From Candidatus Halarchaeoplasma halalkaliphilum (GTDB lineage Archaea; Thermoplasmatota; Thermoplasmata; Halarchaeoplasmatales; Halarchaeoplasmataceae): DNA of 39,143 bases. The notes below the pieces were generated by a model that was not told the origin of the DNA, did not search any database, and saw only the letters and a program-made list of their open reading frames with translations. The DNA is taken from NCBI GenBank assembly GCA_007133925.1, contig SLLU01000095.1:1-39143 (forward strand), written 5' to 3'. The stretch's first letter is position 1. Each line of letters begins with the position of its first letter. Made by a program: the position numbers and the translations under genes. Positions 9,743 through 18,601 of the stretch are shown one piece after another.

Positions 9743-10573
9743 TCACCTTATATATTCATAGTTTGTCACATGGTAACCCGCATAGCTGGTTACCTCAGCG
9801 GTGAAGCGAGATATCTTTTCCTTTTTTATATGTGGTAGCACGCTCATGAATTTTTCAACAGTCATGTAACGCTGGCGCTGGGAAGTCGTGTAGCTCTTTG
9901 ACCACTCGAAGGAGATCACACCGTCAACGCTGTCGGTAAGCAGATATTCAACACTCTTTTCCACTATTCCTTTGGAAAGGAGGAGGTATACGATCCCGCC
10001 CCATGATTTTGATGCCCTCCTCATGCCCTTGACTATGGTAACCAGTTTTTCCGTATCTATGTTTGAGTTGGTAAGAAGGTCCGTGAGGGAATCTATGATG
10101 ACTATGTTATCACTGGCATGGGCATCCAGAAAATCCACCAGCTCGGTGAGAAGATCGGTACCCCCGTTGTTAGAAAAGATATTTCCTCCGGAACTACCAG
10201 TCCAGCTACTGGGTACCATGGTCCGCCGGAAGTAAGACTCCGAGAGATCCTTGAAGTTAAGACTTGAATTTATGGCATCGTAGTAATCCTGGTTGAAGGA
10301 CATCTTCACTTCCTCCAGTATATCCTCCTTGGACCTTGAGATCGTTAAGTAAAATATTTCCTCCGGCAAAACCGCCTCCTTGCAGTTATCCCCGAGTATG
10401 ATGGCAAGGTCCTCCGGAGTTTCCTTAACCTTTAGTATCTTAGCCGATGCAGTATAGGCAAATTCAATGGCCCCTGCACCTATCTCTGTGAAAAGGAGTA
10501 CTACCGAACCGGCGGGTAAGCCTCCATTTAAGATAGAATCAAGATCGCTAATTCCACTCGGTATCCTTTTCAT
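9743..10573 (-). CDS. KaiC/RAD55-like protein with degenerate ATPase motifs
   Basis: IPSGISDLDSILNGGLPAGS, IVIIDSLT and VDGVISFEW are present, but the Walker A position reads TEIGAGAIE. AGGTG SD precedes ATG 10573. Confidence 0.88.
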   Translation of the reverse strand: MKRIPSGISDLDSILNGGLPAGSVVLLFTEIGAGAIEFAYTASAKILKVKETPEDLAIILGDNCKEAVLPEEIFYLTISRSKEDILEEVKMSFNQDYYDAINSSLNFKDLSESYFRRTMVPSSWTGSSGGNIFSNNGGTDLLTELVDFLDAHASDNIVIIDSLTDLLTNSNIDTEKLVTIVKGMRRASKSWGGIVYLLLSKGIVEKSVEYLLTDSVDGVISFEWSKSYTTSQRQRYMTVEKFMSVLPHIKKEKISRFTAEVTSYAGYHVTNYEYIR

Positions 10574-10784
10574 CTGAAACACCTGTTGTACCAATGCCGC
10601 AGATAAGGGAATGGATGAGGTCAAACAAATACTTTGCCGACATTTTCAAAAAATTCGCATAAATTTTGTCATCATGGATCAGGACCTCCGGCACTAAACT
10701 TCCGAGAGTATGGAGTTGGTCGTCGTTGTCGGACAAAAGTGTTGCCTTAAAGACATACCTTTTTCTTAGAGTAAAAAAGAAGAG

Positions 10785-10857
10785 TGCGGGTGCCGGGATT
10801 TGAACCCGAGTTCTAAGCTTGGCAAGCTCAAGTGATACCAGGCTACACCACACCCGC
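10785..10857 (-). tRNA. tRNA-Gly (GCC), no intron, CCA not encoded
   Basis: Minus strand: acceptor stem GCGGGTG/CACCCGC+A, anticodon arm TGAGC-TTGCCAA-GCTTA, T arm TCGGG-TTCAAAT-CCCGG, followed by T-rich CTCTTCTTTTTT. Confidence 0.97.
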
Positions 10858-10935
10858 ACGAGTATGGTTTTATCCTTGTATATCGGGATAGATATCCTGA
10901 GGTGGTGTAAGATTATATCTCTTATAAATATTGTC

Positions 10936-12408
10936 CTACTCCCCCAGCAGTTCACGGCACCTTTCCAGGGCCGTTTTATCCTGCAGTTTCTCGAATATCT
11001 CCTTCGCCTCCCTGAGGAATATCCTACGGGAACTACCCTTTTGCTCATTCCCGTATTTCAGGAGCCTGTTCCCCAATTCTTTTTTTGCTTCCCTTGAACT
11101 CTGTGTTCGGATCGGTAATCTTGTGGCCCTGCGTAGATATCCTATCTTTTTCATCTCCCCTCGAGCGGTCTCTGCGGCCTTGATGTAATTATCCAAGGCC
11201 TCTTCGATCATCCCCGCTTTCTCATAATGCTCTGCTAACTGTGGACGATAGGTATCCAGTGAATCTGCGGATAAACGAAGTATCGCATGGGCAGCTTTTT
11301 TATGAAGTCTTTTCTTATTATCCATGAACTGGTTCGAGTATAGAATATCTCGGAATGCGGAGTGTTTGAAAGAATATCCTTCCATGTCTGCTTCTTCAAC
11401 CATGATCCCCCGTTCCACGGCCACATCCAACATATCCAGTACCTTCATGTCGTCTTCATCGATCAGTTCGGATAACAGAGGATAGCTGATCACGAGTCCC
11501 AATATGCTCGCTCTTTGCAGGAGGTCTTTTGTTTCAGGATCAAGTTTTACCATCTTCCTTTCGGCCACATATCTTACTGTTGAAGGCCATTCGATATCAT
11601 CTTCTGGTAGAGGATACCTGTCTTCCTCTGGGATGATCAATCCCTTTGCCATCATGGATTTAACGGTCTCTGCGATGAACAGTGGATTTCCTTCCGTCTT
11701 TTCATGGATGAACTCTCTGAAGAAAGGAGGTGGTTCAACCTTCAATAAATTTGTCAGAAGTTCATGAGTGTCGTTTTCTTCTATAGGGTGGAGGTCAATA
11801 TGGGTGCATATATCTTTTTGACGTAGGTAGTAAAAAGTCTCTTCTAGTGCATGAAATGCATGGGCCTCTTCTGGTACGTATGTACCTACCAGCAGGACAG
11901 GGAGTTCTCCTATGTTTTCTGATATATATCTGAAAGCCAGTAGAGACGGTTTATCCACCATGTGCAACTCCTCGATGACTAATAGTATGGGTTTTTTCAA
12001 AGCCATTTTCTCCAGTTTTGCCATGGTATTTCTCAGGGTGTTAGGGTCTTCCTCATTGAACAGGAATACATGTCCCTTCTCCACCTTCTTGGCCAGTAAT
12101 GAAATCCCGAGAGGCAATGTGTAATTACTCTCGGGGGGACCTCTGAGTATCTTGAAAGCATCGATAAATGGATGATATGGGCTCCCATTACGTGATTTTC
12201 CCGCGCCTTGAAAACAGGTGAAGCCCCTTTTTTCTGCCTCTATTGACAGCCATTCAGCCAAGGCGGTCTTTCCGATACCCGTTTCACCCTTAATTATTAC
12301 CGATGTCCCTTTCCCTTCCATCACATTTTCCAATATATCAAGCAACTGGATGCGTTCTTCTTCCCTGCCCTCAAATAGATACTTTTTCATTTTTTTCCTA
12401 ATCCTCAC
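10936..12408 (-). CDS. STAND-like (AAA_16-type) P-loop NTPase with C-terminal TPR-like helices
   Basis: FEGREEE, Walker A GETGIGKT, Walker B LLVIEELHMVD, TEGNPLFI, YSFKH, LAEHYEKAG. Start is GTG 12408 (overlapping the upstream stop) or ATG 12390. Confidence 0.88.
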   Translation of the reverse strand: MRIRKKMKKYLFEGREEERIQLLDILENVMEGKGTSVIIKGETGIGKTALAEWLSIEAEKRGFTCFQGAGKSRNGSPYHPFIDAFKILRGPPESNYTLPLGISLLAKKVEKGHVFLFNEEDPNTLRNTMAKLEKMALKKPILLVIEELHMVDKPSLLAFRYISENIGELPVLLVGTYVPEEAHAFHALEETFYYLRQKDICTHIDLHPIEENDTHELLTNLLKVEPPPFFREFIHEKTEGNPLFIAETVKSMMAKGLIIPEEDRYPLPEDDIEWPSTVRYVAERKMVKLDPETKDLLQRASILGLVISYPLLSELIDEDDMKVLDMLDVAVERGIMVEEADMEGYSFKHSAFRDILYSNQFMDNKKRLHKKAAHAILRLSADSLDTYRPQLAEHYEKAGMIEEALDNYIKAAETARGEMKKIGYLRRATRLPIRTQSSREAKKELGNRLLKYGNEQKGSSRRIFLREAKEIFEKLQDKTALERCRELLGE

Positions 12409-13889
12409 ATCTTCTTTACATGCACGATTATGCTGTTCAAACTCCCGTCAGGTCTCCTTACCCCTACAGCTTTAATACTGGTTCTTAATGAGCTTCCGTC
12501 CCTCAAAGTCAAGGATGCATCTATGGATATATCTTCCTGCTGCTCGTCGGTAATTTCTTCTAACCTTGAACAGAATCCGTCATTATTGATAAGATCTGAC
12601 AGCTTCATGGACAGTAGCTCCTTCTCGGAGTAACCCGTCAACTCCAACATAGCCCCATTCACCTCCGTTATCCCACAATCCGAGTTCATCAACAGCATAC
12701 CAAGGGGGTTGCTTTCGAAGGCCACGAGGAACATCTCTTGGGCTTCTTCCATGGTCACAAGATTTTTCTTCTGCTGGGTGATGTCTATCATAGACACGAG
12801 TACCAGATTGGATTCCGTCATGGGTGATGCAGTTAAAAACACCTCCCGCACATCATGGTAGCGGTTCTGCAACTCCAGAAGAATATCTATTCGCCCTTTC
12901 TTGTCCTGGAAAAGTGGATTCATGGATTGAATTATCTCATCGGTATTCTCCTTGAACATGAACTTTGTGAAATGCTCACCCTGTAGCTCATGATCGGGAT
13001 ATCCCAATAGCTTCTCGGCTTCTTTGTTTACCATGGATATCTCCATCTCACGGTTCAAAATAACCATGGCCGTCCCGGTGCTCTCGAATATGTTCCTGTA
13101 TCTTTTTTCGTTTTCGATTATCTTTTTTTCATATTCTTTAACGGCGGTGATGTCCTCCATGCTACCTTCAATATATCGTATATCACCGTTTTCGTCATGG
13201 GTCAGATATGCGTTCTCCTTGACCCAGATATATTCGCCATCCTTTTTCCTAAGTCTGATTTCATATCCCTTGATGACACCTTTTTCCTTCAATCTTTCCA
13301 ACACCTGCTTCCTCAGTTCATCGTCAGGGTAGAAATCCTTCGCCTTATGGTCATGGATCTCGTCCTTGGAATCCAACCCCAATAGCTCTATCATTGTTCG
13401 GTTTGCGGCAAATATCCTTCCGTCCGCATCCACGGAATAAAGTCCAACAGGCACCCTTTCGAACAATCTGTTGTACATCTCCTGGAGCATCTTCTTCTCA
13501 TAGCGTAATCTTGCATTCTCCAGGGCCGAGTGGACGGATGCTGAGAGTCGGATGAAGTGTTTGGGTGATTTAACAACATAATCATCAAGACCGGATTTCA
13601 TGGCCTGGACCGCTACCTCTTCATTCCCGGTTCCCGTGAACATTATCACCGGGCATTCGGGATTTTGCTTTTTCACCTTCTTGAGTACTTTGATCCCATT
13701 GGTCCATCTGATACGGTAATCCGTGATTACAAGATCATAATTATCTCCTTTCAAAGCTTTTTTAAGGTCATCTGCGTCAACGACCTCGATTATCTCTATA
13801 TCCTTGAAATTTCGCTCTAATTCGCGGATGGCCAGAGATCTATCATCTGGATTATCATCTACTATCATTATTTTTATTCCTTGTGTCAT
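12405..13889 (-). CDS. Response regulator receiver + three PAS domains, no output domain
   Basis: IMIVDD, LVITDY (phospho-acceptor Asp), FTGTG, DDYVVK. PAS/PAC units at LFERVPVG..KKDGEYIWV..EDIT, IFESTGTAM..IDIT and AFESNPLGM..RDGS. GGAGG SD upstream. Confidence 0.92.
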   Translation of the reverse strand: MTQGIKIMIVDDNPDDRSLAIRELERNFKDIEIIEVVDADDLKKALKGDNYDLVITDYRIRWTNGIKVLKKVKKQNPECPVIMFTGTGNEEVAVQAMKSGLDDYVVKSPKHFIRLSASVHSALENARLRYEKKMLQEMYNRLFERVPVGLYSVDADGRIFAANRTMIELLGLDSKDEIHDHKAKDFYPDDELRKQVLERLKEKGVIKGYEIRLRKKDGEYIWVKENAYLTHDENGDIRYIEGSMEDITAVKEYEKKIIENEKRYRNIFESTGTAMVILNREMEISMVNKEAEKLLGYPDHELQGEHFTKFMFKENTDEIIQSMNPLFQDKKGRIDILLELQNRYHDVREVFLTASPMTESNLVLVSMIDITQQKKNLVTMEEAQEMFLVAFESNPLGMLLMNSDCGITEVNGAMLELTGYSEKELLSMKLSDLINNDGFCSRLEEITDEQQEDISIDASLTLRDGSSLRTSIKAVGVRRPDGSLNSIIVHVKKM

Positions 13890-14185
13890 GTTGTAAGCCT
13901 CCGTTCATATCCTCCCTTAGAATTCTTCATCGGGGTGAAGCCCCTGTTTCCCGACGCTATAGCAGGGACCACGACCGTATGGAGTTTTTTTACCATGTTC
14001 ATGCTAGCACCTGGGTTCTTGAACCCTTGCATCTTTACCCTGGGGATACCTGTCATAGTTCTTTGACCCTTATCCTCACCCATATTATGTTTAATGTCCT
14101 ATTTGAACATTTGGGAAAGAAGAGACGAAAATATTCATCTATAATCACCACATTCCCTCGTAAGATGTACAGCGAAGAATTTTCC

Positions 14186-15040
14186 ATGGAAGACCTTTCC
14201 AAGGCGGTCATACCCGTTGCCATGATATCCGTGTCATTTGCAGCTGTGCTCATACGGCTGTCCTATGCACATCCCTTCACCATAGCATTCTATAGAATGT
14301 TCTTCGCATCTCTCATTTTACTCCCATTCATGTTTTTTCGTAGAGATGAGATCAAATCCATCTCAAAAACCGATTGGAAGATACTGGTTACAACAGGTTT
14401 ACTTTTATCTCTGCATTTCGCAGCGTGGATAACTTCACTACGTTACACATCTGTGGTATCGTCGGTGGTCCTTGTTACATCCCATCCGCTGGTCGTTACA
14501 TGGGTCTCAGGATGGTATCTGGGAGAACGATCGGGGAAGCGTGTTTACCTGGCAATAACCTTGTCCATGGCCGGGATCCTTATTATGGCGGTTTCTAACT
14601 ATCAGGTGGAAGATTGGTCACCCTATGGGGATATCCTTGCTTTTGTGGGGATGCTGGCAGTTGCAGGATACCTCATAATCGGCCGTAGGATGCGGAGGAC
14701 CATGTCAACCATAACCTATTCCTTTTTCGTGTATGCTTTATCTTCTATTATCCTTTTTGTCATGGCACTGATATTCGTTGGGGATCTGCTGACACTACCT
14801 CCCAGAGAATATTTGATATTTTTTTCCCTGGCACTAGTACCCACTATATTCGGTCACACTCTATACAACTGGGCGTTGAGATATGTGAGTGCAAGACTTG
14901 TATCCGTGAGTCTTTTATCGGAACCCATAGGTGCCTCTTTACTCGCGGTGGTCATCCTGAACGAGATCCCCCCCCTTTTCACCGTTATCGGTGGGGCAAT
15001 AACTCTGGTGGGTGTATACATTTGTGCAAGATCTGAATAA
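14186..15040 (+). CDS. DMT/EamA family permease
   Basis: About 10 hydrophobic segments, IAFYRM, HFAAWITSLRYTSV, GHTLYNWAL, LSEPIGA. Start is ATG 14186 or 14165; the ORF-track N-terminal extension from 13883 looks spurious. Confidence 0.92.
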   Translation: MEDLSKAVIPVAMISVSFAAVLIRLSYAHPFTIAFYRMFFASLILLPFMFFRRDEIKSISKTDWKILVTTGLLLSLHFAAWITSLRYTSVVSSVVLVTSHPLVVTWVSGWYLGERSGKRVYLAITLSMAGILIMAVSNYQVEDWSPYGDILAFVGMLAVAGYLIIGRRMRRTMSTITYSFFVYALSSIILFVMALIFVGDLLTLPPREYLIFFSLALVPTIFGHTLYNWALRYVSARLVSVSLLSEPIGASLLAVVILNEIPPLFTVIGGAITLVGVYICARSE

Positions 15041-15045
15041 AAAAA

Positions 15046-15354
15046 CCGGGTCACCGAGGTTGGCGCCCATCACGTTCATGAGTTGTCCAAGGACCTTCTC
15101 GACCCCGCAACCCATCGAGCATCGGTAGTCCGCGGTAGGACTGCTCCCTTCCGGACCTGGCCCGTTCTCCACGGTAAAGCCGAAGGAGATCAACCCTCCG
15201 GTTGTCCCCAAGGGCACCTCCGATCCCGAAGGACGAGGTCTCATAGTTGGATCTTGGCTCATGAACGGGATGATTACGCCGCCCCCGGCGGTCACCCCCG
15301 CATATCGACGTTTTCGGTGTATAAGGGCACGCCGAACGCCCCGGTTAGACCCGG
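15046..15354 (-). ncRNA. ffs: Archaeal signal recognition particle (7S) RNA
   Basis: Helix-8 motif GCCAGGTCCGGAAGGGAGCAG on the minus strand. Terminal pairing of 5' CCGGGTC with 3' GACCCGG (helix 1), about 310 nt long, poly-T downstream, TATA box upstream. Confidence 0.95.
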
Positions 15355-15376
15355 TAACAGCGACTATGCGGCACAC

Positions 15377-15383
15377 TATATAA
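15377..15383 (-). promoter_or_regulatory. TATA box of SRP RNA
   Basis: TTATATA on the minus strand 23-29 nt upstream of the predicted RNA 5' end. Confidence 0.7.
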
Positions 15384-15387
15384 GGTT

Positions 15388-16005
15388 TTATCCCCCCCTC
15401 ACCCCCACTACATAGTTGTTCTCGCCTGACGAGAATGTGTCCTCGACGGTCAGATGAGCCTTAATCACCTCTCCTTCAAGTTCCTCGAGTGTATACAGAT
15501 GATAATAGCGCTGGAAGACCACACCGTCATCCCTGGTCCATGGCACCATTACGTCCCTTTCATCTTCCCCCAGATCCCATCTGTCCGCATATTTGGACCA
15601 CGAGGACACCAGCAGCCTCCCCCCTGGTCTAAGCACCCTTTCACATTCCCTCAAGCTCCTCACTCGTCCCTCACGTAGGTGATGAATGCCTGCGATGTAC
15701 AATACCGCATCAAAGGTTTCATCTTTGATGGGTAGATATCTGGCATCACCGCGAATGAAAAATGCTTCAGGGCAATTTTTCTTTGCTATCTTGAGAAGCT
15801 CTTCGGATACATCCAGGCCTACGGTATTCAGACCCCTCTCCACGGCAGAGCAGCAGTGTCTGCCATTTCCACAGCACAGATCTAGTACGTCCCCTTTAAG
15901 CGTGTCCAGGAAATCCACAACCTCCTTCCAGGGAGTTCGTCTTGTTCTGTCAAAATGTTCCGCTATGGAATCAAAGACTTCCTCGCTCTCGTTTTTGTAC
16001 GCCAT
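15388..16005 (-). CDS. Class I SAM-dependent methyltransferase, Trm9/ALKBH8-like
   Basis: FDSIAEHFDRTRRTPW, VLDLCCGNGRH, IAGIHHL, RVLRPGG, DVMVPW, RYYHLY. Start is ATG 16005 or 16020. Confidence 0.88.
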   Translation of the reverse strand: MAYKNESEEVFDSIAEHFDRTRRTPWKEVVDFLDTLKGDVLDLCCGNGRHCCSAVERGLNTVGLDVSEELLKIAKKNCPEAFFIRGDARYLPIKDETFDAVLYIAGIHHLREGRVRSLRECERVLRPGGRLLVSSWSKYADRWDLGEDERDVMVPWTRDDGVVFQRYYHLYTLEELEGEVIKAHLTVEDTFSSGENNYVVGVRGG

Positions 16006-16061
16006 GTACGAGGATATCATCAGGATAAAATTTATATTCTTTGGAACACCTTCATTGGTAG

Positions 16062-16829
16062 ATGCATATCATCCAACCGGTTTTGATAATCATTATTTCT
16101 GTTGTACTTTCGTTTTTGGTACACCGACGTGGTCTCCTCAATCGTGGCGGAGCGGTAACCGCGTTGATAATAAGCCTGATTCTGGGTTTCCAGGGCGGGC
16201 TGATATGGATATTTCTACTCCTGCTTTTCCTGGCAAGTTCCTTCGTGGCCACGAAATACAAGTTCAAGTACAAGAGGGACCGTGGTCTCCAGGAAGGCAA
16301 GAAAGGCGAGCGGGGCGTGATCAATGTGCTGGCCAACGGTTTGGTACCCACGGCGGTCGCCCTTTTACACGGTGCGGAAAATTCTTTTGGGATAATGGGC
16401 ATCGGTTTCCTGAGTCGCAGCGCGGCCATTTTCCTTTTTGTAGTAGCTGTAGCCAGTGCAGCATCGGACACCCTTGCATCGGAGCTGGGAGTGTTATCTG
16501 GTGATGCCTATCTGATCACTACCCTTGAAAAGGTGGAGCCCGGGACCGACGGCGGCATATCATGGATGGGACAATTATGGGCCTTCATCGGCTCCTTCTA
16601 CACCTTCGTCCTAGCCTTTGCGGTTTTCACCTTATTCGAGGGAATCCCATTTTCGGTATCCTGGGTCTTTATAGGAGGGGCTTTAGGGTTCATGAGCTGC
16701 CAGATAGACAGTTTGATGGGTGCCACCCTTGAGAGGAAAAAGATATTAGGCAAGTCCGCGGTCAATATTTCATCAGTAGCGATAACAGTGGTCATAAGCG
16801 GGGTATTAGTATGGTTAGCAGGATTGTAA
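16062..16829 (+). CDS. DUF92 (TMEM19/VTE6-like) membrane protein
   Basis: ATKYK..K, RGVINVLANG, ASDTLASELG, LITTLEKVEPGTDGGIS, DSLMGATLE. Confidence 0.9.
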   Translation: MHIIQPVLIIIISVVLSFLVHRRGLLNRGGAVTALIISLILGFQGGLIWIFLLLLFLASSFVATKYKFKYKRDRGLQEGKKGERGVINVLANGLVPTAVALLHGAENSFGIMGIGFLSRSAAIFLFVVAVASAASDTLASELGVLSGDAYLITTLEKVEPGTDGGISWMGQLWAFIGSFYTFVLAFAVFTLFEGIPFSVSWVFIGGALGFMSCQIDSLMGATLERKKILGKSAVNISSVAITVVISGVLVWLAGL

Positions 16830-18031
16830 TGTTGATATTGGATGGAATTGGTGACAGACCAGTCAAGGAAATCGGGAACAGAACACCTCTGGAGGCAGCT
16901 CACACTCCAAATCTGGACAGATTTGCCACGAACGGTGTGAACGGCATCATGGACACAATCGCACCGGGAATAATCCCCGGGAGTGACACGGGGCATCTGG
17001 CATTGCTGGGGTATGACCCATATCAGGTATACTCCGGAAGGGGGCCTTTCGAGGCATCTGGTTTGGACATGAATCTTCACCGGGGCGAGGTTGTCTTCAG
17101 ATGTAATTTTGGTACTTTGGAGGAGGGTATTGTGACTGACAGGAGGGCTGGGAGGATCAAGGATGGTACGGATCTTCTGGCCAAGGCCATCAACCAAATG
17201 AAATTCGACATAGATTTTGTGTTCAAAGAGAGCGTTGAACACAGGGCCGTCCTGGTTTTCAAGGATCCGAACCTGGGGCCCTTGGTTTCCGATACGGACC
17301 CCCATCTGGAAGATCGGCCTTTACTGGTATCCCGGGCAGACGATAACAACTTACCCAACCTGCGTACCGCGGGGTTGATAAACAAATTCACGGAGATGAC
17401 CACCGCTATATTATCCGAGCATCCCGTCAATCTCGAAAGGGTTGAAAGGGGAGAACCACCGGCCAATGTGATATTATCACGTGGAGCCGGATCCGTACCC
17501 GATATGAGTTCTCTGGAAAGCTTGAAAGGTATCAGGAGCGCGGTTATCGCAGGTATACCCCTGGTCAGGGGTGTCTGCGGATTGGCGGGCATGGACATCC
17601 TCTCCGCTCCGGGTGCCACAGGTGGACTGGATACGGACCTGGAATCCATCTTCAAAACGATCGTGGGTAACATTGACGATTATGATTTCATACTGGTGAA
17701 CATAAAGGGGCCCGACATACCAGGACACGACGGAGATCACTCGTGCAAAATCGAATTTATAGAAAAGATCGATGCCGCACTTCCATTGCTGGAGTCCATG
17801 GAAGATACCTACATAGCCATAACCGGAGATCATTCCACACCGGTAATGGTGAAGAACCACAGTGGGGATCCGTTACCCCTTACCATAATCGGTAAAGAGG
17901 TACGGGTGGACGATGTTGCCTCATTTGGCGAACGTTCCTGTGCCAAGGGTGGTCTGGGTAGGATAAGGGGTATGGACCTATTGAACATACTGTTGGACCT
18001 GGCAAAGAGGGCTGAGAAGTTCGGAGCCTAG
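16811..18031 (+). CDS. apgM: 2,3-bisphosphoglycerate-independent phosphoglycerate mutase, archaeal type
   Basis: LDGIGDRP, TPLEAAHTPNLD, PGSDTGHLALLGYDP, GRGPFEA, DIPGHDG, TGDHSTP, HSGDP. Confidence 0.95.
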   Translation: MVSRIVMLILDGIGDRPVKEIGNRTPLEAAHTPNLDRFATNGVNGIMDTIAPGIIPGSDTGHLALLGYDPYQVYSGRGPFEASGLDMNLHRGEVVFRCNFGTLEEGIVTDRRAGRIKDGTDLLAKAINQMKFDIDFVFKESVEHRAVLVFKDPNLGPLVSDTDPHLEDRPLLVSRADDNNLPNLRTAGLINKFTEMTTAILSEHPVNLERVERGEPPANVILSRGAGSVPDMSSLESLKGIRSAVIAGIPLVRGVCGLAGMDILSAPGATGGLDTDLESIFKTIVGNIDDYDFILVNIKGPDIPGHDGDHSCKIEFIEKIDAALPLLESMEDTYIAITGDHSTPVMVKNHSGDPLPLTIIGKEVRVDDVASFGERSCAKGGLGRIRGMDLLNILLDLAKRAEKFGA

Positions 18032-18510
18032 CGCTTGTACCCGATATCCCTGAGGAATTGTTTTCTCCAGGTCCTATCTTTTTCTCCTTCAATACCCAAG
18101 GTGGGACTGCCGTCTATCACACCTAGCACCCCCCTTCCCCCACTATTCACAGCCACTATCACCTGCACCGGGTTCGCAGTGGCACAGAATATCCCGCATA
18201 CTTCCTGCACCTGTTTCACCCGCGGCAGTACGTTTATGGGGAACGTGCCATCCAGTACTATGATGAAAAAATGACCTGTATTTATGCTTCTTGCATTCTC
18301 TATGGCCAGTTCCGTGCACCTCTCGTCAGTTCCGTCGTATCTCACCAATCTGTCTCCCGAGGCCTCGCAGAACGCCACTCCGAACTTAATACCCGGAACC
18401 GAGGACACCAAAACCTCATAAATGTCCTCCACCGTCTTTATGAAGTGGCTTTGACCCAGTATCACATTCATCTCCATTTCCTTTATCACATCAACGCATT
18501 CCAGTTCCAT
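18028..18510 (-). CDS. DUF355 / adenosine-specific kinase family protein
   Basis: NVILGQSHFIKTVEDIYE, FGVAFCEASG, FPINVL, IFCATANP, GVLGVIDG, FLRDIGYKR. ATG 18510 lies downstream of a TTTTTAA box. Confidence 0.9.
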   Translation of the reverse strand: MELECVDVIKEMEMNVILGQSHFIKTVEDIYEVLVSSVPGIKFGVAFCEASGDRLVRYDGTDERCTELAIENARSINTGHFFIIVLDGTFPINVLPRVKQVQEVCGIFCATANPVQVIVAVNSGGRGVLGVIDGSPTLGIEGEKDRTWRKQFLRDIGYKR

Positions 18511-18570
18511 GAAATGGTCATGCACGGGGCGGTTAAAAACATTTACTCACCCTCATGAAGATTCGAAAGA

Positions 18571-18578
18571 CTTTAAAT
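18571..18578 (+). promoter_or_regulatory. Putative TATA box for leuS (leaderless)
   Basis: GAAAGA followed by CTTTAAAT, ending about 24 nt before ATG 18602. Confidence 0.55.
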
Positions 18579-18601
18579 CACCGTCATCTTACCATTAGTG
18601 C

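Noticed and set aside
10785..10857. tRNA-Gly as an integration site for a mobile element
   Set aside because: No duplicated tRNA 3' end or integrase was seen in the window, and the flanking genes look chromosomal.
10548..11048. 166-aa minus-strand ORF
   Set aside because: It overlaps the tRNA and two real genes and has no protein-like motif.
13883..14164. N-terminal 94-aa extension of the DMT permease in the ORF track
   Set aside because: It overlaps the divergent RR start and promoter region; the EamA-like sequence begins at about 14186.
14939..15415. 145-aa (-) and 110-aa (+) ORFs
   Set aside because: They are explained by the GC-rich SRP RNA gene.
15686..16504. 272-aa plus-strand ORF and other long antisense ORFs across the window
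   Set aside because: These are shadow frames of well-supported genes with no recognisable motifs.
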